Shown here: positions 7,805 to 16,155 of the stretch, one piece after another | Numbering within the stretch: position 1 is the stretch's first letter | Layout of the letters: each line of letters opens with the position of its first letter | Origin: a virus | Strand: one strand, 5' to 3' | Virus record (IMG/VR): IMGVR_UViG_3300010371_000014 | Location: 1 to 46,624 of that record | Length of the DNA stretch: 46,624 bases | Made by a program: the position numbers and the translations under genes | The notes under the pieces: generated by a model | What the model was told of the DNA's origin: nothing | What the model saw: only the letters and a program-made list of their open reading frames with translations | Databases searched by the model: none

Positions 7805-8424
7805 TAGTAAGAACTCCGTTGGCGGAACTCGTTCACCTGCGCTTTGCGGAAGTAGTAACTAAACAGATGTTCTTGTGTGTACCCCAGGTCGGCCCACAGG
7901 AGCAGCATGGCGACGTAGGTATCTAGCAGGGCATTGCAGAACCTGTTGACATCTGTCGGGACCTGCGACTCTTTCCACGCCTTGTTCTTGAGGAAGTTCA
8001 TGGCGACGCCGAGCTTGAACGTCACTTGCCAGTACGCATCGCTCGATGCTGAATGCCGGCGGACTGGTGGGAAGTCTTTCGTGGCGACGAGGCACTGATG
8101 CACGCCGACGCCAGCAAAGAGGCACAGCTCCACGAAGAAGTGCATCGCATCAGCGAGTTCTTCGAGTGCGTGGACTTCACCTTCCTCGCGGTGCTTGTGC
8201 TTGAACCATGCTTCGTACGACTCGGTCAGTTCTTCGACCGTGCGCCACGCGAAGTCTTTGAGCACCTTCTGCCCGCTGTGCGTGTGCAGCGAGACCGGCC
8301 AGTCTGGGAGCTTCTCGATATCCCGATATCGGGTCATGAGCTGCTCTTGCTTGAGGAAAATCATGGGCAGCATCTCAGCCCAAGTCTTCGGCGGGGCGGG
8401 GGCGATGGTGTCGTTGACGTTCAT
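7804..8424 (-). CDS. All-alpha NTP pyrophosphohydrolase (dimeric dUTPase / dCTPase-like, MazG superfamily).
   Basis: Acidic helices AWRTVEELTESYEAW and ALEELADAMHFFVEL, then LKNKAWK and the C-terminal KAQVNEFRQRSSY, resemble recalled dimeric dUTPase (dUTPase_2) signatures. I set the start at MNVNDT (ATG 8424) because of the ATGA overlap with the kinase stop. Confidence 0.5.
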   Translation of the reverse strand: MNVNDTIAPAPPKTWAEMLPMIFLKQEQLMTRYRDIEKLPDWPVSLHTHSGQKVLKDFAWRTVEELTESYEAWFKHKHREEGEVHALEELADAMHFFVELCLFAGVGVHQCLVATKDFPPVRRHSASSDAYWQVTFKLGVAMNFLKNKAWKESQVPTDVNRFCNALLDTYVAMLLLWADLGYTQEHLFSYYFRKAQVNEFRQRSSY

Positions 8425-8975
8425 GGGCAGCGGAGGGCAAAAGTGGATTGATTGAGCAGATCGCGGTGCCACGACAACAACTTCTCAACAAGTGCATTGT
8501 GCGGATCACATGTCCAGTCGTATCGAAAGACGAGATAGCCACGAGCGAGTTGCGGGAGGCGGCGACGATACGCCTCGGCGATAAGCAGCGGGTCACGATC
8601 GTAGAGCTGCGTCCGCTTGGCCCATGTGGCACGAATCACTTCATCTGCCGTATCACACCAGATGATGAGCATCGGATATGTCCTGAACAGCGCGTAGAGT
8701 TCGAAGTGTTCAGCGGTCGTCATACGGCAGCCACCTCGGAAGATCGGCCCGTAGATGCATTCACTGAAGAATGTCCGATCACTCACACTGTTGGCGTGTG
8801 CGCGCAGATCTTCGTTGGGCGGCAGCAACGCATCGACGTGCGTTCGGCCGATCGTGCCCTCCATTCCTGGCTTGAACCGTTCGCGCTTTAGCAGTCGGAG
8901 TGATGGATCGCCGGCCAGCAGCTTGTCGATCAGCGTGGACTTCCCAGTATTGTCTGCCCCTTCAACAACGATCAT
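8421..8975 (-). CDS. P-loop deoxynucleoside-monophosphate kinase (thymidylate-kinase-like).
   Basis: The Walker A context MIVVEGADNTGKSTLIDKLL is typical of Tmk/dNMP kinases. The size is about 184 aa. I set the start at ATG 8975 (ATGA overlap with the primase stop). Confidence 0.6.
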   Translation of the reverse strand: MIVVEGADNTGKSTLIDKLLAGDPSLRLLKRERFKPGMEGTIGRTHVDALLPPNEDLRAHANSVSDRTFFSECIYGPIFRGGCRMTTAEHFELYALFRTYPMLIIWCDTADEVIRATWAKRTQLYDRDPLLIAEAYRRRLPQLARGYLVFRYDWTCDPHNALVEKLLSWHRDLLNQSTFALRCP

Positions 8976-11077
8976 GTCGCGAGTTCCTTGAGGGTATTGA
9001 TTCCGCGCCACCCGCGGACCCCATTCCGCTTGGTGGGCGTGAGCTCGGCGCGTTCACTGAGCAAACGACTGAACCACGCCACGGAGATAGGCGTGCGCGT
9101 GCCTCGGGCGCCGAGCCACCAATCATTGAAGGCGCGGAAGAGTTCAGTGGTTGATGCCCAAGCTGCAGGATCCAGTACGCATGATGATGCCACGAACTCG
9201 CCGAGCACATCGTTTTCCTCCTTGTAGACGTTCGTGGCCTTTCGGACGATACTTGGAATCCCTAGTCCGTTGCGTTGCCACTCAAGACAACCAACCGCAA
9301 TCCACTGCAGAATGCCGTTGCGCTCGCTGAGAAGTTTGCCGAGGAGTTTGTCATCCCGACGTGTTCGATCAAAGGTAACAGTGAAGGGGATAAGACGCAA
9401 GCGACGCCAGAAAGCTTCAGATTGCTCCTTGACCACCGGCTTGTGATTCGCTGCCAAGAAGAGCTTATGTTGAGGCTTGAACTCGAAGAGCTCTTCATAC
9501 AGTTTTCGGGCGGTAATGGTATCGCCGCCAGTAAGCTGTTTGAGGATCCGTCCATCAAAAGGACGCTCTCCCGAGGCTTCAGACGCGGTAACAAATCGCG
9601 CGCCACGCATACGCGCCAGGTCGTTCCGTGGGCCATCACCGTGACGCTCCATAAACGTGGAGAAATCTGACTGCTGCGCGTAGTCACCGAGGACCGCACG
9701 AATCGTTTCAAAAAACTTAGACTTGCCATTGCCACCTTGCCCGTAGCAGAAGAAGAGGCATTCTTCACGGACATCGCCGGTTGCCCCGTAGCCGACGATC
9801 CGCTGCAAATACGCTTGCAGCTCGCGATCGCCATCAGTGATTTCATGGAGGAACTGTGTCCAGCGCGGCGCTTTGGCCTTCGGATCCCAGTCGACCGGTG
9901 CCAGCTTGGTGATCAAGTCTTCACGCTGATGCTTCTGCAACTTGCCGGTCTTCAGGTTCAGTGTGCCGTTGTTTACGTTCAAAAGCCACGGGTCAGCGTC
10001 AAACGCATCGGCCGTCAGCGCCACCTCTGGTTCGGTCGACGCCAGCTCCAGCAACGCCTTGACCCGAGGTGCTGCTTCGGACTTTGCCGCGTGCTTCAGG
10101 AGTCCGTCACGCGCATCCGTATCGGTCAGTGTCGCCGCCTCGCGATAGAGGTCGCGCACCGTCGTCTTTGCCAGCCGCTCAATCGCCCCCGTTGCATCAG
10201 GCACCCAGCGTGGACCATCCCATGCATACCAGATCCGAGAGCGTCGCCCTGTGGCGCAGCGGACATGCTCGTGATGTGCACCGACGAACCGCCGCGCATT
10301 GCCCAGATCAGTGAGATGCTCGGTTAGCGGTGCTGGCTCCTTGAGGCTGATGCTGTTCGCGATCTTGCGTATTTGCTTACTGCTCAGCGGCGGATCACAT
10401 CGGGTTTCGTTTTCTTCTTGTAAGGCCAGGTAGATCGCCTCAGCAGAAGCACCTCGCCGCCGCATACTCCCAGCAAGAGAAGTAAGTAGCTCGTCACGAT
10501 GGCCCTCGCCAATGACCACTGGCAGTGGCGCTGCAGCCATGTGGCGAGGTGCTGCGCCACTGAGCTTTCCATTGAGTGCATGTTGCACCGTGATGGGAAA
10601 CGGCATCAGGTCGCGGCGTCGCAGCCATTTGTACCGTCGTCCGGTGTCGGGATGAATGCTCGGCGGGGCGACCACATAGCCACCATCGCCGAGGACGTCA
10701 AATGACAGTTCTTTGCCGAGCGGCCGAATCATACGACGAATCGTCGTTCCATCGAGCGGGGGAGCAAAGTAGAGATGCCGTCGCTTGCGATTGCGGCTCG
10801 TCGCTTCATAGGTCTCAGGGATCCCAAGCTCCTCGATGAAGCGTCGCCCCGTCGGGCCATCAAGGTCAATGATGATGGGTCCACGAGTCGAACTACAAGC
10901 GATGCCAACGTTTGCGTCGGGATACAATGACCACCAGTGCCGAATCGCTGAGCGTTCGGTTGTGGCATCGACGTGCCCATGCGAGCCAGGGAATGGGTGT
11001 TTGCCTTTCAGCGGAAACACTTTCCATCCCCTGGCCGCATACCGCAGCGCCGATGACAGCAGGTCGGGTGCGGGCAC
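8972..11077 (-). CDS. Bifunctional primase-polymerase / SF3 helicase (Prim-Pol N-terminus plus D5/P4-type NTPase).
   Basis: The N-terminus AARGWKVFPLKGKHPF...VDATTE...ANVGIAC...IIIDLD fits a Prim-Pol domain. The central region is D5_N-like. Walker A is CYGQGGNGKSKF, and a downstream Walker B / arginine-finger region (RFVTASE) follows. Confidence 0.85.
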   Translation of the reverse strand: MPAPDLLSSALRYAARGWKVFPLKGKHPFPGSHGHVDATTERSAIRHWWSLYPDANVGIACSSTRGPIIIDLDGPTGRRFIEELGIPETYEATSRNRKRRHLYFAPPLDGTTIRRMIRPLGKELSFDVLGDGGYVVAPPSIHPDTGRRYKWLRRRDLMPFPITVQHALNGKLSGAAPRHMAAAPLPVVIGEGHRDELLTSLAGSMRRRGASAEAIYLALQEENETRCDPPLSSKQIRKIANSISLKEPAPLTEHLTDLGNARRFVGAHHEHVRCATGRRSRIWYAWDGPRWVPDATGAIERLAKTTVRDLYREAATLTDTDARDGLLKHAAKSEAAPRVKALLELASTEPEVALTADAFDADPWLLNVNNGTLNLKTGKLQKHQREDLITKLAPVDWDPKAKAPRWTQFLHEITDGDRELQAYLQRIVGYGATGDVREECLFFCYGQGGNGKSKFFETIRAVLGDYAQQSDFSTFMERHGDGPRNDLARMRGARFVTASEASGERPFDGRILKQLTGGDTITARKLYEELFEFKPQHKLFLAANHKPVVKEQSEAFWRRLRLIPFTVTFDRTRRDDKLLGKLLSERNGILQWIAVGCLEWQRNGLGIPSIVRKATNVYKEENDVLGEFVASSCVLDPAAWASTTELFRAFNDWWLGARGTRTPISVAWFSRLLSERAELTPTKRNGVRGWRGINTLKELAT

Positions 11078-11083
11078 GTCGGA

Positions 11084-11827
11084 CTACTTCTTCCGGCGCG
11101 CGTTCTTCTTGGCCGGTGCCGCCTTCTTCTTGGCGGGCTTCTTCACCGGCTCATCATCCTCGTCTTCTTCCTCATCCGCTTCATCTTCTTCCTCGTCGTC
11201 ATCATCGTCCGATTCGTCCTCGTCCTCGCTCTCCTCTTCGTCTTCGTCGTCGGACTCGTCATCATCGGCGTCGTCATCATCGTCAGACTCATCTTCATCG
11301 TCTTCCGACTCCTCCTCGTCATCTTCATCTTCTTCGTCGCTTTCGTCATCCGCATCTTCTGTGTCTTCGTCATCGGCATCTTCGTCCTCCTCTGATTCCT
11401 CGTCCTCGTCAGCCGCCGCCCCGAGCGGCAGCCACTGGACGACCTCGTTCTTGTCATTGCCGTTGTACTTCGTCTTGCGGAGCACGACGTCCAGCTCCGT
11501 GCCGGCGATCAGCGTCAGTAGGTCCTGCAGCGTCTTGATCTTCTTGCTGGCCTTGGCGAAGTCGAGCCCGCACGCCTTCAGGAGCTGTGCGATTTTCCAG
11601 CCGACGGACGCGCCGACTGCGTCGAAGAACGTGACGCCTTTGGACTTGCCGTTCGTGATGGTCGCGTGCACGTTCAGATAGTCGCCGTTGCTGCCCGCTT
11701 TGATCGACGTGCCCTTCGCGCTGCCCTTGCTGATCTTCGCCGTGTACCGTCCGCTAGGCGCGACCTTGAACTTCTTGTCCTCGAAGTCTTCCTTGGTCAG
11801 TCCTGCGATCTTGCTGCTCTTCGGCAT
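11084..11827 (-). CDS. SSB-like protein (DUF669-type fold expected) with an 87-residue polyacidic tract and a lysine-rich C-terminal tail.
   Basis: The N-terminal 135 aa (PSGRYTAKISKG...GDYLNVHATITNGKSKGVTFFDAV...WKIAQLLKACGL) resembles the DUF669 proteins that accompany Sak4-type ATPases. Residues 140-226 contain only D, E, S, A and T. The tail is PVKKPAKKKAAPAKKNARRKK. Confidence 0.55.
   Translation of the reverse strand: MPKSSKIAGLTKEDFEDKKFKVAPSGRYTAKISKGSAKGTSIKAGSNGDYLNVHATITNGKSKGVTFFDAVGASVGWKIAQLLKACGLDFAKASKKIKTLQDLLTLIAGTELDVVLRKTKYNGNDKNEVVQWLPLGAAADEDEESEEDEDADDEDTEDADDESDEEDEDDEEESEDDEDESDDDDDADDDESDDEDEEESEDEDESDDDDDEEEDEADEEEDEDDEPVKKPAKKKAAPAKKNARRKK
11150..11410 (-). repeat. 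Low-complexity GAN/GAR codon tract encoding the 87-aa D/E-rich segment.
   Basis: The plus strand reads as runs of tcntc/gtcntc (tcatcatcctcgtcttcttcctcatc...). It generates a spurious poly-Ser ORF on the opposite strand (10836..11681). Confidence 0.9.
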
Positions 11828-11830
11828 GCG

Positions 11831-12583
11831 TTACTTCTCCTTGCGTGATGCGTGGCGGGCAGAGGTTCCTGTTGGACCGGCCACGATACGGTCCAGCAGA
11901 CGAGTGAGAAACGTGGGATCATCGAACGGCACTTCGATCTTGCGCTCCGGGATCCACCAGGCGCGCGTCTTCGCGTACCAGCCGTCGCCGGAGTCGAGAT
12001 GCAAATACCGCTTGTTGTTCTTCCCGATCCGGAGATACATCGTGTGATCGACGAGAAACGGCAGCTGCCCTTTCAGCGCACCTACCATGGACGGGGCCAT
12101 GCGACCCGTTTCGCGGTCTTCACGTTCCCCCATGATGAGGACCTTGTGCACCTTCACCTTCTTGAACTTGCGCAGGTACCGCCGCAGTCGGCTGCCCATG
12201 ATGCCCCATTCACGCTGCTGGACTTCATCAGGGTCGCTGCGCTCATCACGCTCGGCGCGCGCTTCACCAAGCTGATTGAGGAATAGGTCCTGGATGTCAT
12301 CGAAGTGATCGAAGACAATGGACTTGAACTTCTTACCCCAGTCCGCCTTCCCCGCGCCGGAGAAGTTGTTGTACGCGCGATCGAGATCATCCATGCCGGC
12401 GACGTCGATCGCATGAACGTGTTCGAAGCCTGGCCGCCCAGCCACTGACGTCAGCCCTTGGTTGCTGTCCAGAATCATGGGCAGCGGTGCCGTCGCGGCC
12501 AGCGTGGTCTTCCCGCCGCCCGACGGCCCATAGATGCCGATCGTCTGCGGACGGTTCGTGCGTGCTACGAGCAGGGTACTCAT
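11831..12583 (-). CDS. Sak4-like RecA-family ATPase (AAA_24), single-strand annealing / recombination.
   Basis: Walker A IGIYGPSGGGKTTLAA and Walker B-like SIVFDHFDD. The size is 250 aa and it lies between an SSB-like gene and a nuclease, the canonical Sak4 module arrangement. Confidence 0.7.
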   Translation of the reverse strand: MSTLLVARTNRPQTIGIYGPSGGGKTTLAATAPLPMILDSNQGLTSVAGRPGFEHVHAIDVAGMDDLDRAYNNFSGAGKADWGKKFKSIVFDHFDDIQDLFLNQLGEARAERDERSDPDEVQQREWGIMGSRLRRYLRKFKKVKVHKVLIMGEREDRETGRMAPSMVGALKGQLPFLVDHTMYLRIGKNNKRYLHLDSGDGWYAKTRAWWIPERKIEVPFDDPTFLTRLLDRIVAGPTGTSARHASRKEK

Positions 12584-12825
12584 GCGCTTACCGGAGGGGA
12601 TTGCCAGTCCTCAGCAAGAATATCCGTCTGTGATGCGAGCCAGGGCACTCGAGCACCTGGCGTATTCTGCACATCCATTGGATATTCCATGTACAGATAC
12701 GGCAGCGTCATTTTGCTGTTTGCATCCGGTACCTGAAGGCGAACAAGTAGTCCTTTTCCATTCCATCCTGAGCGCTGAATCGCGCTCCCTTCTTTGGCCA
12801 TGGCCAACGCTTGTCCGAAGTTCAC
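12580..12825 (-). CDS. DUF2829 / Tad2-like small protein, 81 aa.
   Basis: MNFGQALAMAKEGSAIQRSGWNGKG at the N-terminus and PWLASQTDILAEDW at the C-terminus match the hallmark blocks of DUF2829 as I recall them. It has 4-nt overlaps on both sides. Confidence 0.7.
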   Translation of the reverse strand: MNFGQALAMAKEGSAIQRSGWNGKGLLVRLQVPDANSKMTLPYLYMEYPMDVQNTPGARVPWLASQTDILAEDWQSPPVSA

Positions 12826-13790
12826 TTCGTGTACTCCTTCCGTACCTGGTACTCATCGTCCAGTACGGTTTTGAGTTCATCCGGTTGTCCACGCAACAGA
12901 CAAGGATTCCGGAAGTCGCAGTCCCAACTGCAATCCTTGGTGGGGTTCGGGTAGACCGCCGCACCGAGCATATCCAGCGCGACACGGCGTGTATCGTCAC
13001 CCCATTGATCGAGCTGCTCGTCCGTGCGCTCTTCCTCGGTGCGTGCGAAGAGATCCGCCGTGACACGCGGGCCAGGGAGTTGCTTGCGCAGGAGGTTCGG
13101 GTACGAGCGACGTGACGACATCTTCGGGTATAGATACCGCAGCGCGAACTGATAGCCGCTGATCTGCTCGGCCTGCTCGAAGACGCCGGTTTCGATGCGC
13201 CCGACGAACTTGTGTTCGTGATGCCCAACGGTCTTCTTGAACTTTGTCGATTCGAAGACCGTGTCGATCTTCACGCGCAGGAGCACGTCCGCGTCCGGCG
13301 TGAGCGGCACCTCAGCCCAGAGCTCGGGGAGCACGTGATCACCGACACCGATGAGCGCATCTTCCCGCTTGGCCCAGCCTGCGTACCCGACCGTCATGGC
13401 GATGACGAGCTCCAGGTCGTCGGTGCTGAGTGACTTCTCATCGGTCACCTTGGCCTGCTTGCGTGCGATCTTCTCCATGGTCTTCTGTGTCCGTTCGATC
13501 AGCGGGAGCGCGTACCATCGCTCGAGAATCTCATGGCCGAACGTGCCGATCGCCAGCGGCAGTGCGCGCTCCAGTCGCTCGAGTCGGCACTGATGCGTCC
13601 AGTGATGGCGCACGCGGCAGCGCTTGAAGTTCTTGATTTCACTGACGCTGACGATGAGCGGATGCTCTTTTGTCGGATGGTATCGGACCGGGCGATCCAG
13701 AACGCCGAACGAAGCATCCTGCGCGGCCAGCGGGTTAGGCTTCGGGATTCGGTGAAGTGAGACGGGTGGTGTAACTGCCGTAGTCTTCAT
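12822..13790 (-). CDS. PD-(D/E)XK exonuclease, Cas4/RecB-like, with Fe-S Cys cluster.
   Basis: SVSEIKNFKRCRVRHHW supplies the N-terminal Cys. KIDTVFE...EHKFV is PD-(D/E)XK-like. The C-terminal CSWDCDFRNPC supplies three Cys, which is the Cas4-type 4-Cys arrangement. Confidence 0.7.
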   Translation of the reverse strand: MKTTAVTPPVSLHRIPKPNPLAAQDASFGVLDRPVRYHPTKEHPLIVSVSEIKNFKRCRVRHHWTHQCRLERLERALPLAIGTFGHEILERWYALPLIERTQKTMEKIARKQAKVTDEKSLSTDDLELVIAMTVGYAGWAKREDALIGVGDHVLPELWAEVPLTPDADVLLRVKIDTVFESTKFKKTVGHHEHKFVGRIETGVFEQAEQISGYQFALRYLYPKMSSRRSYPNLLRKQLPGPRVTADLFARTEEERTDEQLDQWGDDTRRVALDMLGAAVYPNPTKDCSWDCDFRNPCLLRGQPDELKTVLDDEYQVRKEYTK

Positions 13791-15367
13791 GCGAAGAGCT
13801 CCTCGATGTCTTTGTGACTGAAGACGGATTGGAACATGGCGTGTTTCTTCTCGATCTTCTTCTGCAGTCTCACTTCATAGGAGTCCTCCACCACGATAAA
13901 GTAGGAGGTGCACGGGACGGATGTGCCCGTGCCCTCTTCCGGCCGATCGACGCGCCCCTCGGCTTGCTCAAGATCACGGCCATTCCACGGCAGGTCGAGA
14001 AAGCACACGAGGCCGTACTTGCCCAGGTTGAGCGACTCACTGCCGAGCTGGAGCTGGACGATCAGCGCATCATACTTGCCTTTCAAGAAGTTCGCTTTGT
14101 GCTTTTCACGCATCGATTCAGATAAGTCGCCGTAGAGCATCTCGACTTTGAAGTGCCGCTTACTCAGCCATGCTTGGAGGTTATGCCCAGCTTCGGTGAA
14201 CTGTGTGAAGATCACTGTGGGCTTCTGCGTTTCTTCAAGCACATCAAGTACAGCAGGGAACTTGACACTAGCTTCCCTAGCTGCAAGGAGCTTCGGGTCC
14301 ACCAAATACTGGCGCATACGCGTCGTGCGAGCCAGCATGTTGATGATGGGCAGTGGCTTCTCACGTCCACGGAGTTCGGCGAAGAACTCCTTTTTCAATC
14401 GTTCGTAATCCCGCTTTCCATTCGTTGTAAGCGAGACGGTCCGCACGCTCCTGGAGATCTGGGGGAGCCACGGCCGCACCTGCTTTCGCGTCCGCCGCAG
14501 CATGAACGGCGCGAGTTCCCATCGCAGCAGCTTCGGCTGTCGTGCGCCGGTGATCTCAAAACCTCCGAAATGCTTGGGCGTGGCGGCGACATGCATCCCG
14601 AAAAATCGCCAGTAGCTCCCGTAGATATCGGGATAAAGCCATCGCAAGATGGACCATAGTTCGCTCGGGTCGTTGGCGTAGGGGTGGGCAGTCAAGGCCA
14701 GCCGATAGTCAGACTGTAGTTCGAACAGCGTTTTGGCGCGCTTGGTCTTCCGGTTCTGAAAACGATGTGCTTCATCGGCGATGATCACGTCCCACGGTCG
14801 GTGCGTGTAGGCATACGGGACGTTGACGAGTGATTCCCAGTGTCCAATGATCCAGCCGTTTCGTTGCACGCGCGCTTGCTGCTCAGCGAGATTGCCGCGG
14901 ACGACAATCGCATCGTGTGACGTCCAGCGCTTGACCTCGCGTCGCCACTGCGCTTTCGCACTGTTGCGACACAGCACGAGGACACGTTTGTTCGCAAATG
15001 TCTCGGCGAAAAGAATCGCCGGTGCAGTTTTCCCAACGCCGACTTCGTCAGCGAGAAGAAAGCCTTTCCCAGACATTCCGAACATGAAGTTTAGCAACTG
15101 GCGTTGATGCGGCCAAAGATTGGCGGGCATCTCAGCGCCGCTTGTATCGCTCCGAAAGTCTTTGACTCGATCGCGAATGTGCTCAGCGTAGTTCAGCGCA
15201 GCCTTAGCATTTTTATCAAGGAAAACGCCTCGCTTCTCCATGGCCCTAAGAATAGCGGGATTGTACGGCGCTGATCCTTTGCTGGCCGGCTCTGCTCCGA
15301 GCACTTTGGCTGCGGCAAGCATATCCTGCTCACCCCACCAGAGCTTGCCGCCGTGGAGTTCAAGCAC
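13787..15367 (-). CDS. SNF2-family helicase / DNA translocase.
   Basis: Motif I LLADEVGVGKTA, motif II IIADEAHRFQN, and the C-terminal helicase domain LNLGKYGLVCFLDLPWNGRDLEQAEGRVDR. A GTG start at 15367 is assumed; the alternative ATG at 15322 is noted. Confidence 0.85.
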   Translation of the reverse strand: MLELHGGKLWWGEQDMLAAAKVLGAEPASKGSAPYNPAILRAMEKRGVFLDKNAKAALNYAEHIRDRVKDFRSDTSGAEMPANLWPHQRQLLNFMFGMSGKGFLLADEVGVGKTAPAILFAETFANKRVLVLCRNSAKAQWRREVKRWTSHDAIVVRGNLAEQQARVQRNGWIIGHWESLVNVPYAYTHRPWDVIIADEAHRFQNRKTKRAKTLFELQSDYRLALTAHPYANDPSELWSILRWLYPDIYGSYWRFFGMHVAATPKHFGGFEITGARQPKLLRWELAPFMLRRTRKQVRPWLPQISRSVRTVSLTTNGKRDYERLKKEFFAELRGREKPLPIINMLARTTRMRQYLVDPKLLAAREASVKFPAVLDVLEETQKPTVIFTQFTEAGHNLQAWLSKRHFKVEMLYGDLSESMREKHKANFLKGKYDALIVQLQLGSESLNLGKYGLVCFLDLPWNGRDLEQAEGRVDRPEEGTGTSVPCTSYFIVVEDSYEVRLQKKIEKKHAMFQSVFSHKDIEELFA

Positions 15368-15647
15368 CGGCCATCTCCCGCTTCAACTCTTTGATCCGAT
15401 TCTTGACGCTGATGCGTCCCGTCTCAGTCTTCCGCTTTTTCAAGGCGCGCTCTAGACGTCGGAGTTGTTGTTCTGGTGTCTTTACGCTTACATCATTTCC
15501 GCGTCTGGAGCTACGCCTTGACGCCTTCTCCGCAGCGCGTTGTGCGATCCGCTGCGCGACAATGTCTTCACACCGTTCGCCACGCCAGTAGGCACCGCGT
15601 GTCTTATCGAGGATCTTCGTCGGTTGTGTCACGATGCGTCGAATCAT
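15360..15647 (-). CDS. Hypothetical basic protein, 95 aa.
   Basis: The ORF has a Lys/Arg-rich helical C-terminus (QQLRRLERALKKRKTE...IKELKRE) and overlaps the SNF2 start by 8 nt. No clear Shine-Dalgarno sequence. Confidence 0.45.
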   Translation of the reverse strand: MIRRIVTQPTKILDKTRGAYWRGERCEDIVAQRIAQRAAEKASRRSSRRGNDVSVKTPEQQLRRLERALKKRKTETGRISVKNRIKELKREMAGA

Positions 15648-15705
15648 CTGTCGGCCAGATGTGGAGGAGCATGCCTGCGGGTCGGCCCCGCGCTGAACAC
15701 GTACG

Positions 15706-16155
15706 TTACACGGTTGCGCGCACTACTGGAAGCCCTGCTGGTGGAATGACTGAAATGACCGTGATATGCGCCGCCTGGAGTAGGTCAATACCGTCGGTCT
15801 TACGATAGAACTGTCGAAAATACACCTTCCCAATCCCGGTGTTGATGATCGCCTTGGCGCATGATGCGCAGGGCGAGTGCGTGACGAAGAGTACCAGATC
15901 AACATCTGTCGACACGCCACCAGGTGCTTTGAGCATCGCATTGAGTTCCGCATGCACGCAACCGCACGCGCCTACTTCGTCCGTATCGCAGATGTTGGGC
16001 AGTCCAGCGGCATTCCCATTGTAGCCGATAGCCACAGCCTTTGTGAGCGAACTGTTGGTGATCACCGCACCGACGCGCAGCCGTCGGCAGGTCCCGCGCT
16101 GTGCAACGACCTCAGCGATTTCCATCCACATCTCTTCGCGACTAATGCGATACAT
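15706..16155 (-). CDS. dCMP deaminase (ComEB / T4 Cd-like zinc deaminase).
   Basis: The zinc motifs CVHAELNA (HAE) and PCASCAKAI (PCxxC) are present with typical spacing. The size is 149 aa. Confidence 0.85.
   Translation of the reverse strand: MYRISREEMWMEIAEVVAQRGTCRRLRVGAVITNSSLTKAVAIGYNGNAAGLPNICDTDEVGACGCVHAELNAMLKAPGGVSTDVDLVLFVTHSPCASCAKAIINTGIGKVYFRQFYRKTDGIDLLQAAHITVISVIPPAGLPVVRATV

Noticed and set aside
10836-11681. A 281-aa plus-strand ORF with a long poly-Ser/Asp run.
   Set aside because: It is the mirror image of the GAN/GAR acidic-tract codons of the SSB-like gene on the other strand. It overlaps the primase and SSB genes and is a low-complexity artefact.
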